DNA from: Antechinus flavipes
Lineage: Eukaryota
Assembly (NCBI RefSeq): GCF_016432865.1
Contig: NC_067399.1
Location: 680,450,001 to 680,514,000, forward strand
Length of the DNA stretch: 64,000 nt
Direction of reading: 5' to 3'
Position 1 is the first letter of the stretch, and every line of letters starts with the position of its first letter. The position numbers and the translations under genes were made by a program. Shown here piece by piece: positions 46,751 through 60,215 of the stretch. The notes under the pieces are model-generated. The model was not told the DNA's origin, searched no databases, and was given only the letters and a program-made list of their open reading frames with translations.

Positions 46751-47799
46751 ATAGGTTCAAAAACCCAATGCCCATCTTCTCCTTTCCTCTGCGTGCTTCA
46801 GATTGCCTGGCAAATATGTGTTTGATATGGCTATTTAGAGAGCCTCATATGACTAAAATCTACTAAAGGATATAAATACAATTCTGATTTGTTTTGCTGG
46901 TCATTTCACTTCTCAGAAAACAGAAGAATCAATGAGGGAATCTGGTGCCCTGACCCCACAAAGAGGACATAATGATACAGGAGACAGAACCGTGAGGGAA
47001 AGAGCTTAGCCATCTGGTTAGGAGAACTTAATTGGGCCCATACTGGAGACTTTGGGAAACTTCTTTTCTTTTTCATGGTATTTGTCTCAAAAAATAAGAA
47101 AACATTTCTAGGGATATAAGATTAACAAATTTTAAATCGAACAGATTTAAGATTTGCAAAGCATTTGTCTCATGTGGCTAACAAATGTGTATTATAATTC
47201 CCTATAGAGAGATAAGGAAAGAGGTTCAAAGGTTAAATGGTTTATTTGCAGGCACACAATGACAGAGCAAGATTCGAACCCTCATCTCTCCCAGAGAAAA
47301 TATGAAAAGGGTATCTTTGTTCAATATGGGTCCTGTTTTCCTAGCTAGACTGCATGGGCTTTAGAGGCCAGAACTCTCTTCCACTGCTCCCCAGGATGTG
47401 GGCTTCAGTATAAAACACTGATAGGCAGATAGGTATGAGTTCATAGCCCCATGCTCATTTATACTGCATTGGCTCGCTGATTGGCTGGTTCTGTTCCTTA
47501 GCAATGATGCTTTGGGGAAGCCACAAATTCCCTCATTTCAGTTTTTTCTTCTGTAAAGTGAGAATAATTACCAAGGCACTATCAACAACACAGGCTACAT
47601 CAAATGAGTTTCTGTAGTGGTAGAAAATTCTACCATCATCATCATCATCACTAAAAAGTGGCAGAGGCTCACGGGAAAGGTCTTGGGAAGCAGGAGATCT
47701 GAGTTTGATCCGACTCCATGACCTGTCTCAGACTCAGTTTCTCCAGGGACAATAGCTTTCCTGACCAGCTATTGTAAAGCCTTATGTAAATATCGGCTC

Positions 47800-50200
47800 A
47801 ACACCCTTTTCTGTTAAAACACTAGAGAAGAGCAGAATAAATAGACCTTTCCTTAATGTAGTAAAAAATATCTTTCTCAAACCAAAAACAAACATTGTAT
47901 GGGGGGGAGGGGGGAAGGAGGAAAGTTGGAGCCTTTACGATAAGATGGCAGTAAAACAAGGATGCCCATTATCTCTGTGACTATTTAATATAGTCCTAGA
48001 AATTCTGCCCATAAAAATAAAAGAAGAAAGAAAAAAATGGAGGGAATAAGACTAGACAGAGAAAACAAAATTGTTGCCTTTTGCAGAATAGATAATGATT
48101 GATTTTAAAAAACCAAAGAATTAATTAAAACAATTAAAGAATTCCACAAAGTTGCAAGATTTTTACAAAAAGCATCATAAAGCATCAGTATTCCTGTATA
48201 TTACCAATAAAAGCAGCAGGATGAGATAGAAAGAGAAATTCTATTCTAAATAACTACAAAAGGTATAAAATATTCAGAAATATCTACCATGATGTATTCA
48301 GGAACTGCATGAATCAAACTAAAAAAACAGTCTTTGTAGAAATAAAGACGTACCTAAATAATTAGAGAAATATGAATTGCTTATAAGTAGCCAACATAAT
48401 AAAAATGAAAATACTATCTAAATTAGTTTATTTGTTTAGTGCTGTACCAATAAACTACTAAAGAATTATTTTATAGGCCTAGAAAAGAAGGTAATAAGGA
48501 GATTCATATGAAGGAACAAAAGATCAAGAAAATGGTTTGTCTGCAGGTACACAATTAGTGATAAAGCAAGATTCTAGAAGAAATGAGTAAGGAAATAGGC
48601 CTATTAGTACCAGATCTCTAGCCATACTACAAAGCAGTAATCACTAAATTGATTTTGTTTTGTTTTTGTTGTTCAGTCGTTTAAGTCGTGTCTGAATCTT
48701 GATGATCCCATATGGGGTTTTGGCAAAGACCCTGGAATGGTTTGTCATTTCCTTCTCCAGCTCATTTTACAGATGAGAAATGGAGTGACTTTTTTAGGAT
48801 TACATAGTAAATGTCTGAGGCTGGATTTGAACTCAGGAAGATGAGCCTTCCCGATTCCAGTTATTCCACCTAGCTGTCAAAGTGATTGGTATTGTTTCAA
48901 AAGTCATGAAATTGATCAGAGGAACAAATGAACTCAGGAGCATAGTGTTCAATAAATCCCCAACCCCTAATTATTAGGAAAATTACTCACCATGTGACAA
49001 AAACTTCTGGGAAAATAAAAGTAATTTGGCAGAAACTGGGTATAGATCAACATCTTACACCAGATACAACATAACTCCCACTGGCTACATGATTGCCATT
49101 AAAGGGGATGTCACAAACAGATTAAAAGAGAATGGAAGATACCATCTTTTGTATCTATAGATGACAAAAGAAACCATGACTTAAAAAATAATAGAGAAGA
49201 TTGGTAAAAAATAAAATGGACAATGCTGATTATTAATATACAAGTGAAAAGTTTTGAACTAAATAGATTTTATGCAGTTACAGTGGGGAAAGTGGGACAA
49301 ATCTTTGCGCCGTTTTTCTGTGCATTTCTCAGTTTCTCTGAGAAATGTCTGATATTCAAGATAGTGAAGGGATGGACAAATGTATAAGATTAAGAACCAT
49401 TCCCTAACAGATAAATGATCAAAGGATACGTAACAGGCTGTTTGAAAAAGAAGAAATCTACAACTATATCTGAAATTGCTCCCATTCAGAGAAATATGAA
49501 TTAAAGCACCTGTGAGACTTCATCTCACACCCATCAGATTGACAAATGTTGGAGAGGCTGTGAGAAAGTAGAATTCTAAGTAATTATATATTAATATTAT
49601 ATGATAATATAGTATTATTATAATTAATATAAATATATAAGTAATTCTTATATGTATATAAGTACATATAAGATATCTGAAGGAGCCACAGATTGGATCA
49701 GCCATCTGGAATGAAATTTGGAAATATGTCCAAAGAGTCACCAAACTGTCCATACCCTGTAACCCAGATGTACCACTATAAGGTCTGTGCCCCAAATAGA
49801 TCAAAGATAAAGGAGAAGGGCCCCAGGAAACAAAATATTTATAACCTCTTTTCATAACATCATCAAACTGGAAACCAAGGGGGTGTCCATCTATTGGGAA
49901 ATGGTAAACAAATTATGGTCTATGAAGATGTGGTGATGAAATATTGTTATGCCCAAAGAAATGATGAAATGGACAATTTCAGATGAAACTGTGAGGGCTA
50001 TGAAATGATTCAGAGTGAAATGAGAAGGATTAAAAGGGTTTGTACAATGACCAAAAAACACGGTGCTAGGGAACAGAAGCCTAGAAAAAGATGAATCGTG
50101 CTGTCCACCTTCTGCTAGAGAAGTGATGAACTCCAGAAAGAGACAAGCCTTTTTTGGATAAGGCCAATGTAAGATTATCTGTTTCTCATAAAGATCTTAT
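47800..50200 (+). mobile_element. Old degraded L1 ORF2 (RT to 3' end)
   Basis: aaacaaggatgcccattatct...ttaatatagtcctagaa, atctcacacccatcagattg, aactgtccataccct, ggggtgtccatctattgggaaatgg; many frameshifts. Confidence 0.8.
48660..48880 (-). mobile_element. MAR1-type CORE-SINE (RTE-derived tail) nested in the L1
   Basis: ttgttcagtcgtt..agtcgtgtctga...tttggcaaaga..ctggaatggtttgtcatttccttctccagctcattttacagatgag...ggatttgaactcagg. Confidence 0.8.
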
Positions 50201-50367
50201 TTTTCATTCTTAAAATTGATGGGCAGGGGAGGAGGGGCTGTGGAAGGAAGTGGCTGTCTGTCAGTCTGGCAAGTGTTTATGAAGCACTTACTGTGTGCCA
50301 GGCACTGTGCTAAGTGTGCTAGGTAGAAAAAGGAAAGATGGTCTCAAGGAGCTTTTTTTTTTTTTAA

Positions 50368-50760
50368 TTTTTTTCCCTTCATTGAATCTTTTTATTTTTC
50401 AAAGCATATGTGTGGACAATTCTTCAACATTAGCCCTTGCAAAACATCGTGTTCCAACTCCCCCCTTTTCTCCACCCCCTCCCCTAGATTGCAAGTAGTC
50501 CAATATATGTTAAACATGGTAAATATATATTAAATCCAATATATGCATACATATTTATACCATTATCTTTCTGCACCAGAAAAATCAAATCAAACCAGTG
50601 AGAAAAAAGAAGCAAAATAAAATGCAAGCAAACAACAACAGAAAGAGTGAAGATGCTCTGTTGTGAACTACACTCAGCTCCCACAGTCCTCTCTCTGGAT
50701 CCAGATGGCTTTCTTCATCACTGAACAATTGGAACTGGTCTGAATCATCTCATTGTTGAA
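50368..50760 (-). mobile_element. L1 3'UTR fragment
   Basis: Poly-T start, then the reverse L1 3'UTR (ctcccctagattgcaagtagtccaatatatgttaaacatg). Confidence 0.85.
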
Positions 50761-52309
50761 GAACTATGAAGGAGCTTCTATTTTGAAGGAAAACAATACA
50801 TAAAAGGAAGCTGAAAAGCTGAGTAGAAGTGGGAGACATGAGGGTATTCGGCAGGAGACGTGATGGAGAAGACCTATTGGCTTGGTCTAGATCTTTCTTA
50901 CATGGTGTTTTGGGGAAGAGCCATCCATCCAGAGGAAGGGACCCAGGTACTTTGGAGGTATGAGTTCCAGGGAAGAAGTGATCTTCTAGGATGAAGATTT
51001 TGCTCAGACACGCAGGGGCAGGTAGGCAGCCCTTCAGCCCACTCATAAGCTTTGTGTAATTCTAAATCAGTTTATTACCCTTCGCACCCCATCACTGCCG
51101 CATACCGAGATCCAGGGACACTCACCTCCTCCCTTTATCCCAAATATCCCCCTATTCGGAACATGTTCACAAGCTGCCCTCCATGCCTGGGGATGAGTGT
51201 GCACTGTGGGCTACACAGGCTTGATGCCATGTTTTTACAGCCTTTTCTGGGCAAATCTGCTCCTTCAAGACTAAAGGAAAGGAACGTTAATAAATAATTT
51301 GAATAAAAACAAATTTTTCAAAGTAAATGTCTGTTATTTGGTATGACATCTATGAATCTGGGTTCTCCATAACTTGGGAGATCTTTCTACAAATGCAGAT
51401 AGCCACCTTTCTGTGCCTTTTCATCTGATGTAATTCCTGAGTATGTCTTCTATAAATTCTGCACAGATGAGGTATTGATACCAGTCACATGAAAGTTCTT
51501 TGGACTCAGATCCCCAGAAAGCTCTCAAGTTGCTTATTTCGTATTCCTCTATCAAACCAGACCATCCATTCTTTATTATGCTTGTCCTTTTCCTCCCTGC
51601 AGCTCCTTATGTCATCCCAGGGAATGTACTACTGCCACCCCATTATGTGCCCCTCCATTGGTCTTGATGCATCTCTTCAGCTCAACAGTTCCGTGGTATT
51701 GTTGAGAAAATGTTGGCGTCAAATGGATTGGTTTTGGGCACAGAGACAAGGCCCAAAGTCTGGGAACTGGCAAGACCTTCAGAAAACATCTGGTTTATCC
51801 CCTGGCTGACCAAGAATCCCACATCTGCTGCTCATGAGTGGTTCCCCTGCTTAAAGAGTTGACTGACAGAACTTCTGATTCTCAGAAGCCTCCAGAAGGC
51901 ATCAAATCAGCTTCCATCTGATCAGGAATCCAATGTGAAGCACCACACTCAGTCCTTCAGACTTAGCTTAAAAACCCCTAGTGAGGGAGAACCACAAGCA
52001 CCAAGCTGGCCCATTACATGTTTGGATAGCTCTACGTGTTCAGATCCTTTCCTGACATTAAGCCTATTTTTTTTATAATGTCCACAGTCAGTTCCGCTCT
52101 CTGGGAACACACTGAATGCATCTCATCCCTTTTTTACATAAAAGCTCTTGAAATAACCATGACGTGGCCCCCGCCAAGGCTATTCTTCTATAGCCCTATT
52201 TTGTATTCCTTATTTATTTCTGAGATGGCAGGACCTCAAGGTCCTTCTCTAGCTTCATTTCCCTTTTTTCCAATTTATCAATCCTTCCTCAAACGTGATT
52301 CCTAATTAC

Positions 52310-52470
52310 AAATGCTTAATATATTGGATTATTTTCTTTAATATATTGGATTATTTTCTGTCTAAGGGAGGAGATGGGAGGAAAGAAGAGAGGAAAAAAA
52401 ATTGGAACATCAGGTTTTGCGAAGATAAATGTTGAAAACTCTCTATGCATGTATTTTGAAACTAAAAGAA
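52310..52470 (+). mobile_element. L1 extreme 3' fragment with a 22-bp internal duplication
   Basis: ttaatatattggattattttct x2, then gggaggagatgggagg...aattggaaca...aatgttgaaaact. Confidence 0.6.
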
Positions 52471-52767
52471 AATGACTCTTAGACCTGAAATAAAAAGTCC
52501 ACAGGTGGCCTGACCAAGCAGAGGGAAGAGGAGCCCTCTCTCCTTGTTCCTGGGAGCTGGACCTCTTGGAAAGCAGCCCACAAGCTCAATCCCTTTCCTG
52601 GATGCTCCAGCACTTGGTTGTTCATTCTGGCTTTCATCCTCATGGATATTTTTCCAGGAACTCTTTTCTAGCCATGCTTGCCCAATTTTGTATTTTCAAG
52701 GTGAATTTTTTTAAACTCAAGTGTGAGACTTTCCATTAATCCCCATTAAATTCCATTTTCTTAGCTT

Positions 52768-53021
52768 CAGTCTGGGATGCCCTGGAGGCAGCTCAAAATG
52801 GCTTGTGAGTCAATTTGAAAATTTGGAGCGTGAACATTTCCATTTTGGAAATAAGCAAACAGTACAATTCGGAACTTGATTTATTATTTTGTTGATTGTC
52901 TGGACTTAAGAAAGTGGCGGAGAAAATACTAATAATACAGATAAATATTTAAAAATGAATCCTGAGTCATTTTGTTTTTCTTGGAGAGCCAGTTGTTAAA
53001 CACTTAGCCGCACACTTCTGG
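52768..53021 (+). mobile_element. MER63-like hAT-Blackjack non-autonomous DNA transposon, ancient
   Basis: End gagagccagttgttaaacacttagccgcacacttctgg resembles my recollection of the MER63 terminus (gagagccggttgttaaacatttaccagcacaccactgg); not aligned. Confidence 0.5.
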
Positions 53022-53329
53022 ATTCAGTCCACTGTTGTGGTCTATGATCCTGATGGGTGGTGTTCTATTTGTCACCTCCATGCCTCTGCCTAACTTGCCT
53101 CCAGTCCTGAAAGTCTTTTCTCAGTTTCCCCTTTCATTCTTTCCTCTTTATCCTAACTTGACTGTTCGGAATCGTCTGCATGTTGCTTTTCCCATGAGAT
53201 CATGAGCTCCTCAAGGGCAGAGCCGGGTTTTGGGATTTGGTTTTTACTTTGCTTTTCTTTGTATTTCCAATGCTTCAAGAGGGGATGAACACATAGTGCC
53301 AAGTTAAAATAAAAAACCAAAACAAATAT

Positions 53330-53470
53330 TATCTCTGTTGATCCTGGCGTGACCCTCTGAAGTAAGGGCCACTACGAGGCCGGGGAACTGAAGCAATAAA
53401 TGACTTGCCTGGGCCCATGCAACCAGTAGGTGTCTAAGGTCAAATTCGAACTCAGGCCTTCCTGAGTGCT
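53330..53470 (-). mobile_element. MIR/CORE-SINE fragment
   Basis: ggaactgaagca...aaatgacttgcc..ggcc...gtaggtgtctaaggtcaaattcgaactcagg..ttcctga. Confidence 0.6.
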
Positions 53471-54235
53471 CTGTTATTCCAGAGTCCCTGACTCATAGAG
53501 AATTTGTCTGATTGGCTGGCACGGATCCCCTCCTCACGGCAGATCCTGAGAGCCTCGGATTTCCTTAAAGAGGGCTGGTTTCCAGAGACTGGTGCAGTTG
53601 AGCTACGGTCAGCCAGCAATCACTCCTAGAGAAGGGCCATGGGATTGGGTGCAGTTTAGCCAATTTATGCCCTCACGCGGACTAGAAAACTTCAGAGGGA
53701 GAAGAGCCTCCCAGGTCAATGGCTTCCACTCCCCATTTCGAGAGGCTCGTGGCTCAGGTTTGCCCGGGATCCTGCCAACCATGGGCGGGAGGGGTGGGAG
53801 ATCTAAGCCCACACGTTCTCCTTCCACGTTGCACTGACCCCCCGCCCCAGACCATGGCACATTTCTGCACGCCTCTGAGTAGTTGGAGCCCCCCACTGGT
53901 CTTGCTCTCCCATCCTGGAGGTCTATCCTCCCTGCCCCCTTCCCTGTCCCTCTGACCCTTTCCTTTTTTACGGCTCATCTCTGAGTTGGAGTTCACATGT
54001 CCATCTGCCGACTTTAACTGGGACGTCTGCGTCCTTCCCTGCGACGCCTCCTATTTTTCCCATGTGTGAAGTGCCAGAGGCTAGGGCAATTAGGCCCATA
54101 TAAATGGAGGAGCGCGCGTGTTATGAATGAGCATTATTAAGGGGATTGGAGATGATGGGTGCCTTGTCCATCACAGCCATCACTTCATCTCGGCAGTATT
54201 GATCTGGTCACATGGGGCTGTCAAAGGAGATGACG

Positions 54236-54256
54236 CACGCTCTCCATGGTGCTGAG
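54236..54256 (-). promoter_or_regulatory. REST/NRSF RE1 element
   Basis: Minus strand ctcagcaccatggagagcgtg versus canonical ttcagcaccatggacagcgcc; both half-sites at canonical spacing. Confidence 0.7.
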
Positions 54257-55689
54257 CACTGACCTTGGAGACGGAAGGTCCGGCTTCAAATCCTGAGGTC
54301 TCCCATATGATCCACCTGGCTCTGAATGGATTCCCCCACAAAGAAGGAAAATCCCAACAGCAGCAGGGGCTGTGGTGACCTAACCTAAATGTGAATAAAG
54401 CAAAGCAAGTGGGGAGATCCCATGGAAAGAGCGAGCCAGGATTCTCTGTGCCCACCTGAGGCAGGTACCTTCATCTCTCAGAGTCTCAGTTTCCTCCTCC
54501 AAAAAATGAGGGGCTTGGACTGAGGAAGTCCAAGGTCTCCTCAGCTCTCATTTTTATGAACTCGTAGGAAAGCAGAAAGGGAGATGGCAGTAGACCGGGC
54601 TTTGTTTTTATAGTGCAAAAAAATGAATGGGCAGTGTAAGCTCATATCATTTTAGGAATGGCATTTTTTAATTCATTGGCTTTGGGTTTGGGGAAGAAGG
54701 AGAGTTTGCAAGCAGCTAACAGTGCTGGGACATAGGTGGTGCTCAATAGATGCTCAAATATCCTTTTAAGCATTTATCAAGCTACAAATGACATCGAGTG
54801 TCCTGGCAGAGCCTGGCGTCCCAGCGAGCATCCTGGCCAGGTTTTGGCTCTCGTGGTACCGTGTGGATGAAGGTGAAGGCTCTTCCTGCCCTCCTCGGCC
54901 CTGGGTGCCCCCCGCTTCCAAGCGTAGCTCGGATCTTTCAGCTTACAGAATTCTTGATCTCTCTCCACTCCCACTCTCACCCCCCAGCTATTTGTGTGCT
55001 TGTCCTCTTGCTATGACTTTTTGTTACCTCGCCTGTGCTTGGTTGCGAAGGGAAGCCTGGCCGGGCCACGGAGTTAGGAATCCTTCCCAGACTCCTCCTG
55101 GCTCTCTGATTGTGGCCAAATCCACTCACTGTCAGACTCCAAGTCCCCTAATTGGTGTCATTTGGTGTGGGTAGAATCACTTGTACTGATGAAATCTCGG
55201 AACTGGTCCCAAAAAAGGCCTGAATGCTCATTCCTTGAGGGCAAGGACTCTCGAGTTTTGTCTTTGTCCGCCTCGTGCCCAGGACAGTGCCTGGCCCTTG
55301 GCTGATGTAAGTGCCCACGCCCCCGTGCCCAGAACCCCTTCAGTTCCTTGTGGCCTTTTCTTCCCAGACCAGACCAGGAGGATCTCAGAGACCTGCTCCC
55401 TGCTTTCTCCTCTTGGTCTATATCATTGAATGGGGTTCAGGGGCAGCGTATGGGTGGATGCTGAGACCCCAGCCTCTCCAGGAGCACCATCACACAACCA
55501 ATCTTAGATTAAGCCCAACGGGATGCACTGTTCTGTGCCCATGGACTGCTGTCTTTCTCCCTCCCCTGGTACACACCCTATAGGAAGACCCTGTTGCTTG
55601 ATTCCTCACTGACTCGCCCCTCCAGCGAACACTCCTGAATCCTCAGTCCCCCCACACAGCAGCTCCTCAGCATTCCTAGGCGTGCCATG

Positions 55690-56260
55690 GCAGCATCGGA
55701 GCACCTCGCCCTCACCATGTCCAGGCTAGTCTCCAACCTCTCCCGTGGTCCTCAGCGGCCCCGAGGTCATCGCCACGGCTGGCGCCCAGCTGCCCCTCAT
55801 CTGCCGCTCGGCTCCAACATGGTGAAGCATCCCGGGTGAAATAAACAACTTGAAATGCTGCAGATGATGTAGACAGACCAAGTCCCACCCTCAGCTGCGG
55901 TCTCACGTTCCGCTCCCCACAGGAGAGAAGCGTCCTCACTTACCCGACAGACGTGTTTCCGAAAAGCGCTGGGTGAAAATGGAATTTTTGCAAATAGACT
56001 CACATTGTAAAGGCACTCGGGGAGCGAGGAGCTGCTTTGGGTAACCCTTTTGTGTGGCAAACCATCCGACCGGAACTGATTTGGTTTTGAGTATTTTAGG
56101 TTAGAGGCATCTTTTTATAAAGACATATCCCATTATTCCATTAACTGTTGCGTTTGCATAGGTGAAAGAAACGCCGATTGGTCCTTGTACCGACCGGTGT
56201 GAGGCAGACCTCCCCAAAGGTCATTTCACGATGGCGTATCATGGTGTGGTCCTGACCCGG
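55690..56260 (-). promoter_or_regulatory. CpG-enriched patch, candidate promoter / first exon
   Basis: Minus-oriented CCAAT at 56177-56181; donors AAT|GTGAGT after 56004 and CGG|GTAAGT after 55944. Confidence 0.25.
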
Positions 56261-56679
56261 CTTCCTCATCTGAAAGGCTTGACTTCATATATGTAGCTCC
56301 CTACTTCTCTACTTTTACAAATTGCCACAAACTTATTTTTTACCTCTTTAGTCTTCTCCCTTTTAGGGGTGCTGGGGACTTTCTTGTTACAAAAATGGAT
56401 AGATAAGCAACTTCTTTTAATGGCTATATATTTGTCTACATGCATCCATACATATGTAATACACAGAAAGATATTTATATTTCTGCCTGTGAAAATCTGT
56501 CATGTTTTTGTCATAGACGGCACAGATTCTCATTAGCCCATCCCTAGGACTGTGGGTAATCATTCTATTGATCAAAGTTCTCACATCTTTAAAAAGGCTT
56601 GCTTTTACAATGTTGTTATCATATATTTTTTTTTCCTGATTCTATTCATTTCATTATCAGTTTCCAAATGTTTTTATAC

Positions 56680-59140
56680 TGTTTTAATAATAGTTTATTT
56701 TTTTCCAAATACATGCAAAAATAGATTTCAACATTCACTTTTGCAAAACCTTATGTTCCAAATTTTTCTCTTTCTCTTTACCCCATCTCCTACCCTAGAT
56801 AGCAAGCAATCTGATACAGATTAAACACGAGCAGTTCTTCTAAACATATTTCCGTATTTGCCATGCTGTGCAAGAAAAATCAGAAAAGAAAAAAAAAACG
56901 AGAAAAGAAAAAAACAGCAAACAAACAACAAAAGAAAAATACCATACTGTGATCCACATTCAGTTCCCATAGTTCTCTCCTGGATGCAGATGGCTCTTTC
57001 CATACCAAGTCTATTGGAATTGCCTTGAATCCCTTCCTTATTGAAAAGAGCCAAGTGCCTCACAGTTGATCATTGCATAATCTTGTTGTTGCCATGTATA
57101 ATGATCTCCTGGTTCTGCTCACTTCCCTCAGCATCAGTTCATGTAAGTCCCTCCAGGCCTCTCTGAAATCCTTCTGCTGATCGTTTCTTATAGAACAATA
57201 ATATTCCATAACATTCATAGACCATAACTTATTCAGCCATTCCCCAAATGAGGTCTACACATTAAATTTTCAGTTCCTTGCCACTACAAAAAGAGCCGCT
57301 ACAAATATTTTTGCACCTGTGGGAATTTTTCCTTCTTTTATGATTTCTTTGGGATATAAACCCAGTAAAGATATTGCTAGATCAGAGTATAGGCAATTTG
57401 ATAGCCCTTTGAGCATAGTTCCAATGTGCTCTCTGGAATAAGATCATTTCACAACTCCAACAATGCATTAGTATCCCAGTTTTCCCACATTCCTCCAACA
57501 TTCATCACTATCTTTTCCTGTCATTTTAGCCAATCTAAGAGGTGTGAAGTGGGACCTCACAGTTGTTTTAATTTGCATCTCTCTGATCAATATGATTTAG
57601 AACATTTTTTCATATGACTAGAAATGGCTTTAATTTCTTCATCAGAAAATTGTTCATACTTTTTGACCATTTATAAATTGGGAAATGGCTTACATTCATA
57701 AATTGGGATCAATTCTCTATATATTTTAGAAATGAGGCCTTTATCAGAACACTAATTATATTTTTTTCTATTTTCTGCTTCATGTCTAATCTTTACTACA
57801 TTGATTTTGCACTTTTAATTAAAAGTAATTAATATTCATTTTGCATTTCATAATGTTCTCTAGGTCTTCTTTGGCCAAAATTATTTTCTTCTCCACAGCT
57901 CTGACAGACTCTCCCTTTTATGTATCACCCTTTATGTCTAAATCTTGAACCCATTCCAACTTTATCTTGTGTAGATGTTGGTCAATACCTAGTTTCTGGT
58001 ATACTATTTTCCAATTTTCCCAGCAATTTTTGTCAGATGATGAGTTCTTATCCCAGGAGTTGAAGCCTTTGGATTTATTGAGCACTAAGTTATTATAGTT
58101 ATTGACTATTGTCTTCTGAACCTAACCTTTTCCACTGACCAACTACTCTATTTCTTAACCAGTACCAAATGGTTTTGATAACCACCACTTTAAAATATAG
58201 TTTTGGGTCTGATATAGCTGGGTCACTTTTCTTTGTATTTTTTTTTCATTAATTCTCTTGAAATTCTTGATCTTTATTCTTCCAGATTAATTTTGCTATT
58301 ATTTTTCTAATGCTATAAAGTTGGTATAGCACTGAATAAGTAGATTAATGAAGGTAGAATGGTCATTTTTATTATATTATCTCAGCTTATCCATGAACAA
58401 TTGATATTTTTCCAATTCTTTAAATCTAACTTTATTTGTGTGAAAAGTGTTTTGTAATTATGTTCATATAGTTACTGGCTTTGGCTTGACTGGTAGACTC
58501 CCAAATATTTTATATTATCTACAAAAATTTTAAATGAAATTTCTCTATCTCTTGTGGCTGAGCTATGTTGGTAACATAGAAATAGCAACTCTTTATTGGA
58601 TTTATTTTATATTTGCAACTTTGCTAAAGTTGTTCATTATTTTTTGTAGTTTTTTAATTGATTCTCTAGGATTCTCTAAATATACCATCATATCAGCTTC
58701 AAAGAATGATTGTTTTGTTTCCTCATTAATTCCTTCAATTTTTTTCTTCTTTTATTGCTAAAGCTAACATTTCTAGTATAATATTGAATAGTAGTGGTGA
58801 GAATGGGCAACCTTGTTTCACCCCGATCTTATTAGGAATGCTTCTAGCTTATCTCCATTACGTATAATGCTTACTGGTGGTTTTAGATAGATGCCACTTA
58901 ACAAACTATTTATTCCTATGCTCTCTAGTGTTTTTAATAGGAATAAGTCTTGGATTTTATCAAATGTTTTTTCTGCATTTATTGAGAAAGTCATGATTTC
59001 TGTTAGTTTTGTTATTGATATAGTCAATTATACTGATAGTTTTTTTTTTCTTATATAGAGCCAGCCTGCATTCTTGGTATAATTCCTACTTTGTCATAGT
59101 GTATTGTCCTGGTGATAAGTTATTGTAATCTCTTTGCTGA
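56680..59140 (-). mobile_element. L1, ~2.5 kb 3' portion including RT remnants
   Basis: Reverse translation near 58818-59027 (SINAEKTFDKIQDLFLLKTLESIGIN...IYLKP...[13 protein letters not shown]) is L1 ORF2 RT; 3'UTR at 56680-57100. Confidence 0.9.
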
Positions 59141-60079
59141 TGTTTTTATGCTATTGACATCACATTCGAAATTATTCTCTTGGTTTTATACCCTTTATAC
59201 TGCATCAGTTCATTGGAGTCTTTGTATCTCCTTTGTAATCTTCCCCCTCCCTCATTTCTTATAATAAAACAATACTTTATCATATGAATGTACCACAACT
59301 CATTCAAACTTACTTTTATCCATTTTACTTTGTTATGAGACAATAGACATAAACGTAAAGGCACGTTTTACTTTGTGATGAAGTGGGAGTGAATAATTTG
59401 TGAATATAAATAATATTAAAACAAAGCACATCAATAAAACTTTTCAGAAATAAGGTCTTGGCTCTCTAACACAGGCCCTGGCAAATACAACCAAAGTGCC
59501 CAGGTTTAGAGCAGCAGATGGGATCTGCCGTGTGGGCACTGGCCCCCAATGCTACCACTAAAAGTTCAGCCATTGGATAATGGTATGGATGTGTGTATTG
59601 CACCTGTGTTCATGTGTATCTACATCAGCTTATGGAATACCAGATGGATCTCATGTCTGTATGGTTCCAATGTTCTGGGGAGAAAGTGATGGGAACAAAT
59701 GGGAGCAAGGATCCCTCAGAGTCATCCAGTTTGTAGACATCATCAACAAACCCAAAGCGACTGATATTCTCAAGGTTTTCTTTTGTCCAACAGCCAGTCC
59801 CACACTCAACAGTATGAATATTGACATTTTATTTATGAAGACTTACAGAAGATCCCACTCAAGAGATACAACTATCGAACTGAAAAGCATTATATGTTAG
59901 GAATGCCAAAGGATATCACAAGGATGGTGTTGATTTCATTTTCACAGGAAAAAGCAAAGGACAGAGCAATCATTCCAGAATCTTTCTGGAATCTTCTCAG
60001 AATCTTTCCTAATCCGTCCAAATTGTAGTTCTCTTCCTCTCTTATTGGTTGCTTACTTTTATCCCATATAACTATTTAT

Positions 60080-60215
60080 TTCCTTGCTGTCTCCTCCATT
60101 AAACTATGACTTTCTTGAGAATAGGAACTATCTTTTGTCTCTTTCTGTATCCCTAGCTTTTAGCACAGGGTCTGCCACATAGTACGTATTTAATAAAAGT
60201 TTATCGACTGATAGA
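60080..60215 (+). mobile_element. LINE2 3'-end fragment
   Basis: tgtctcctccattaaactatgactttcttgaga.tagg...tagcacagggtctgccacatagta...ttaataaa. Confidence 0.65.

Noticed and set aside
51600-51900. Degraded Gypsy-type integrase on the minus strand (QQYHGTVELKRCIKT)
   Set aside because: Faint resemblance, with stops and no DDE context; needs an HMM search.
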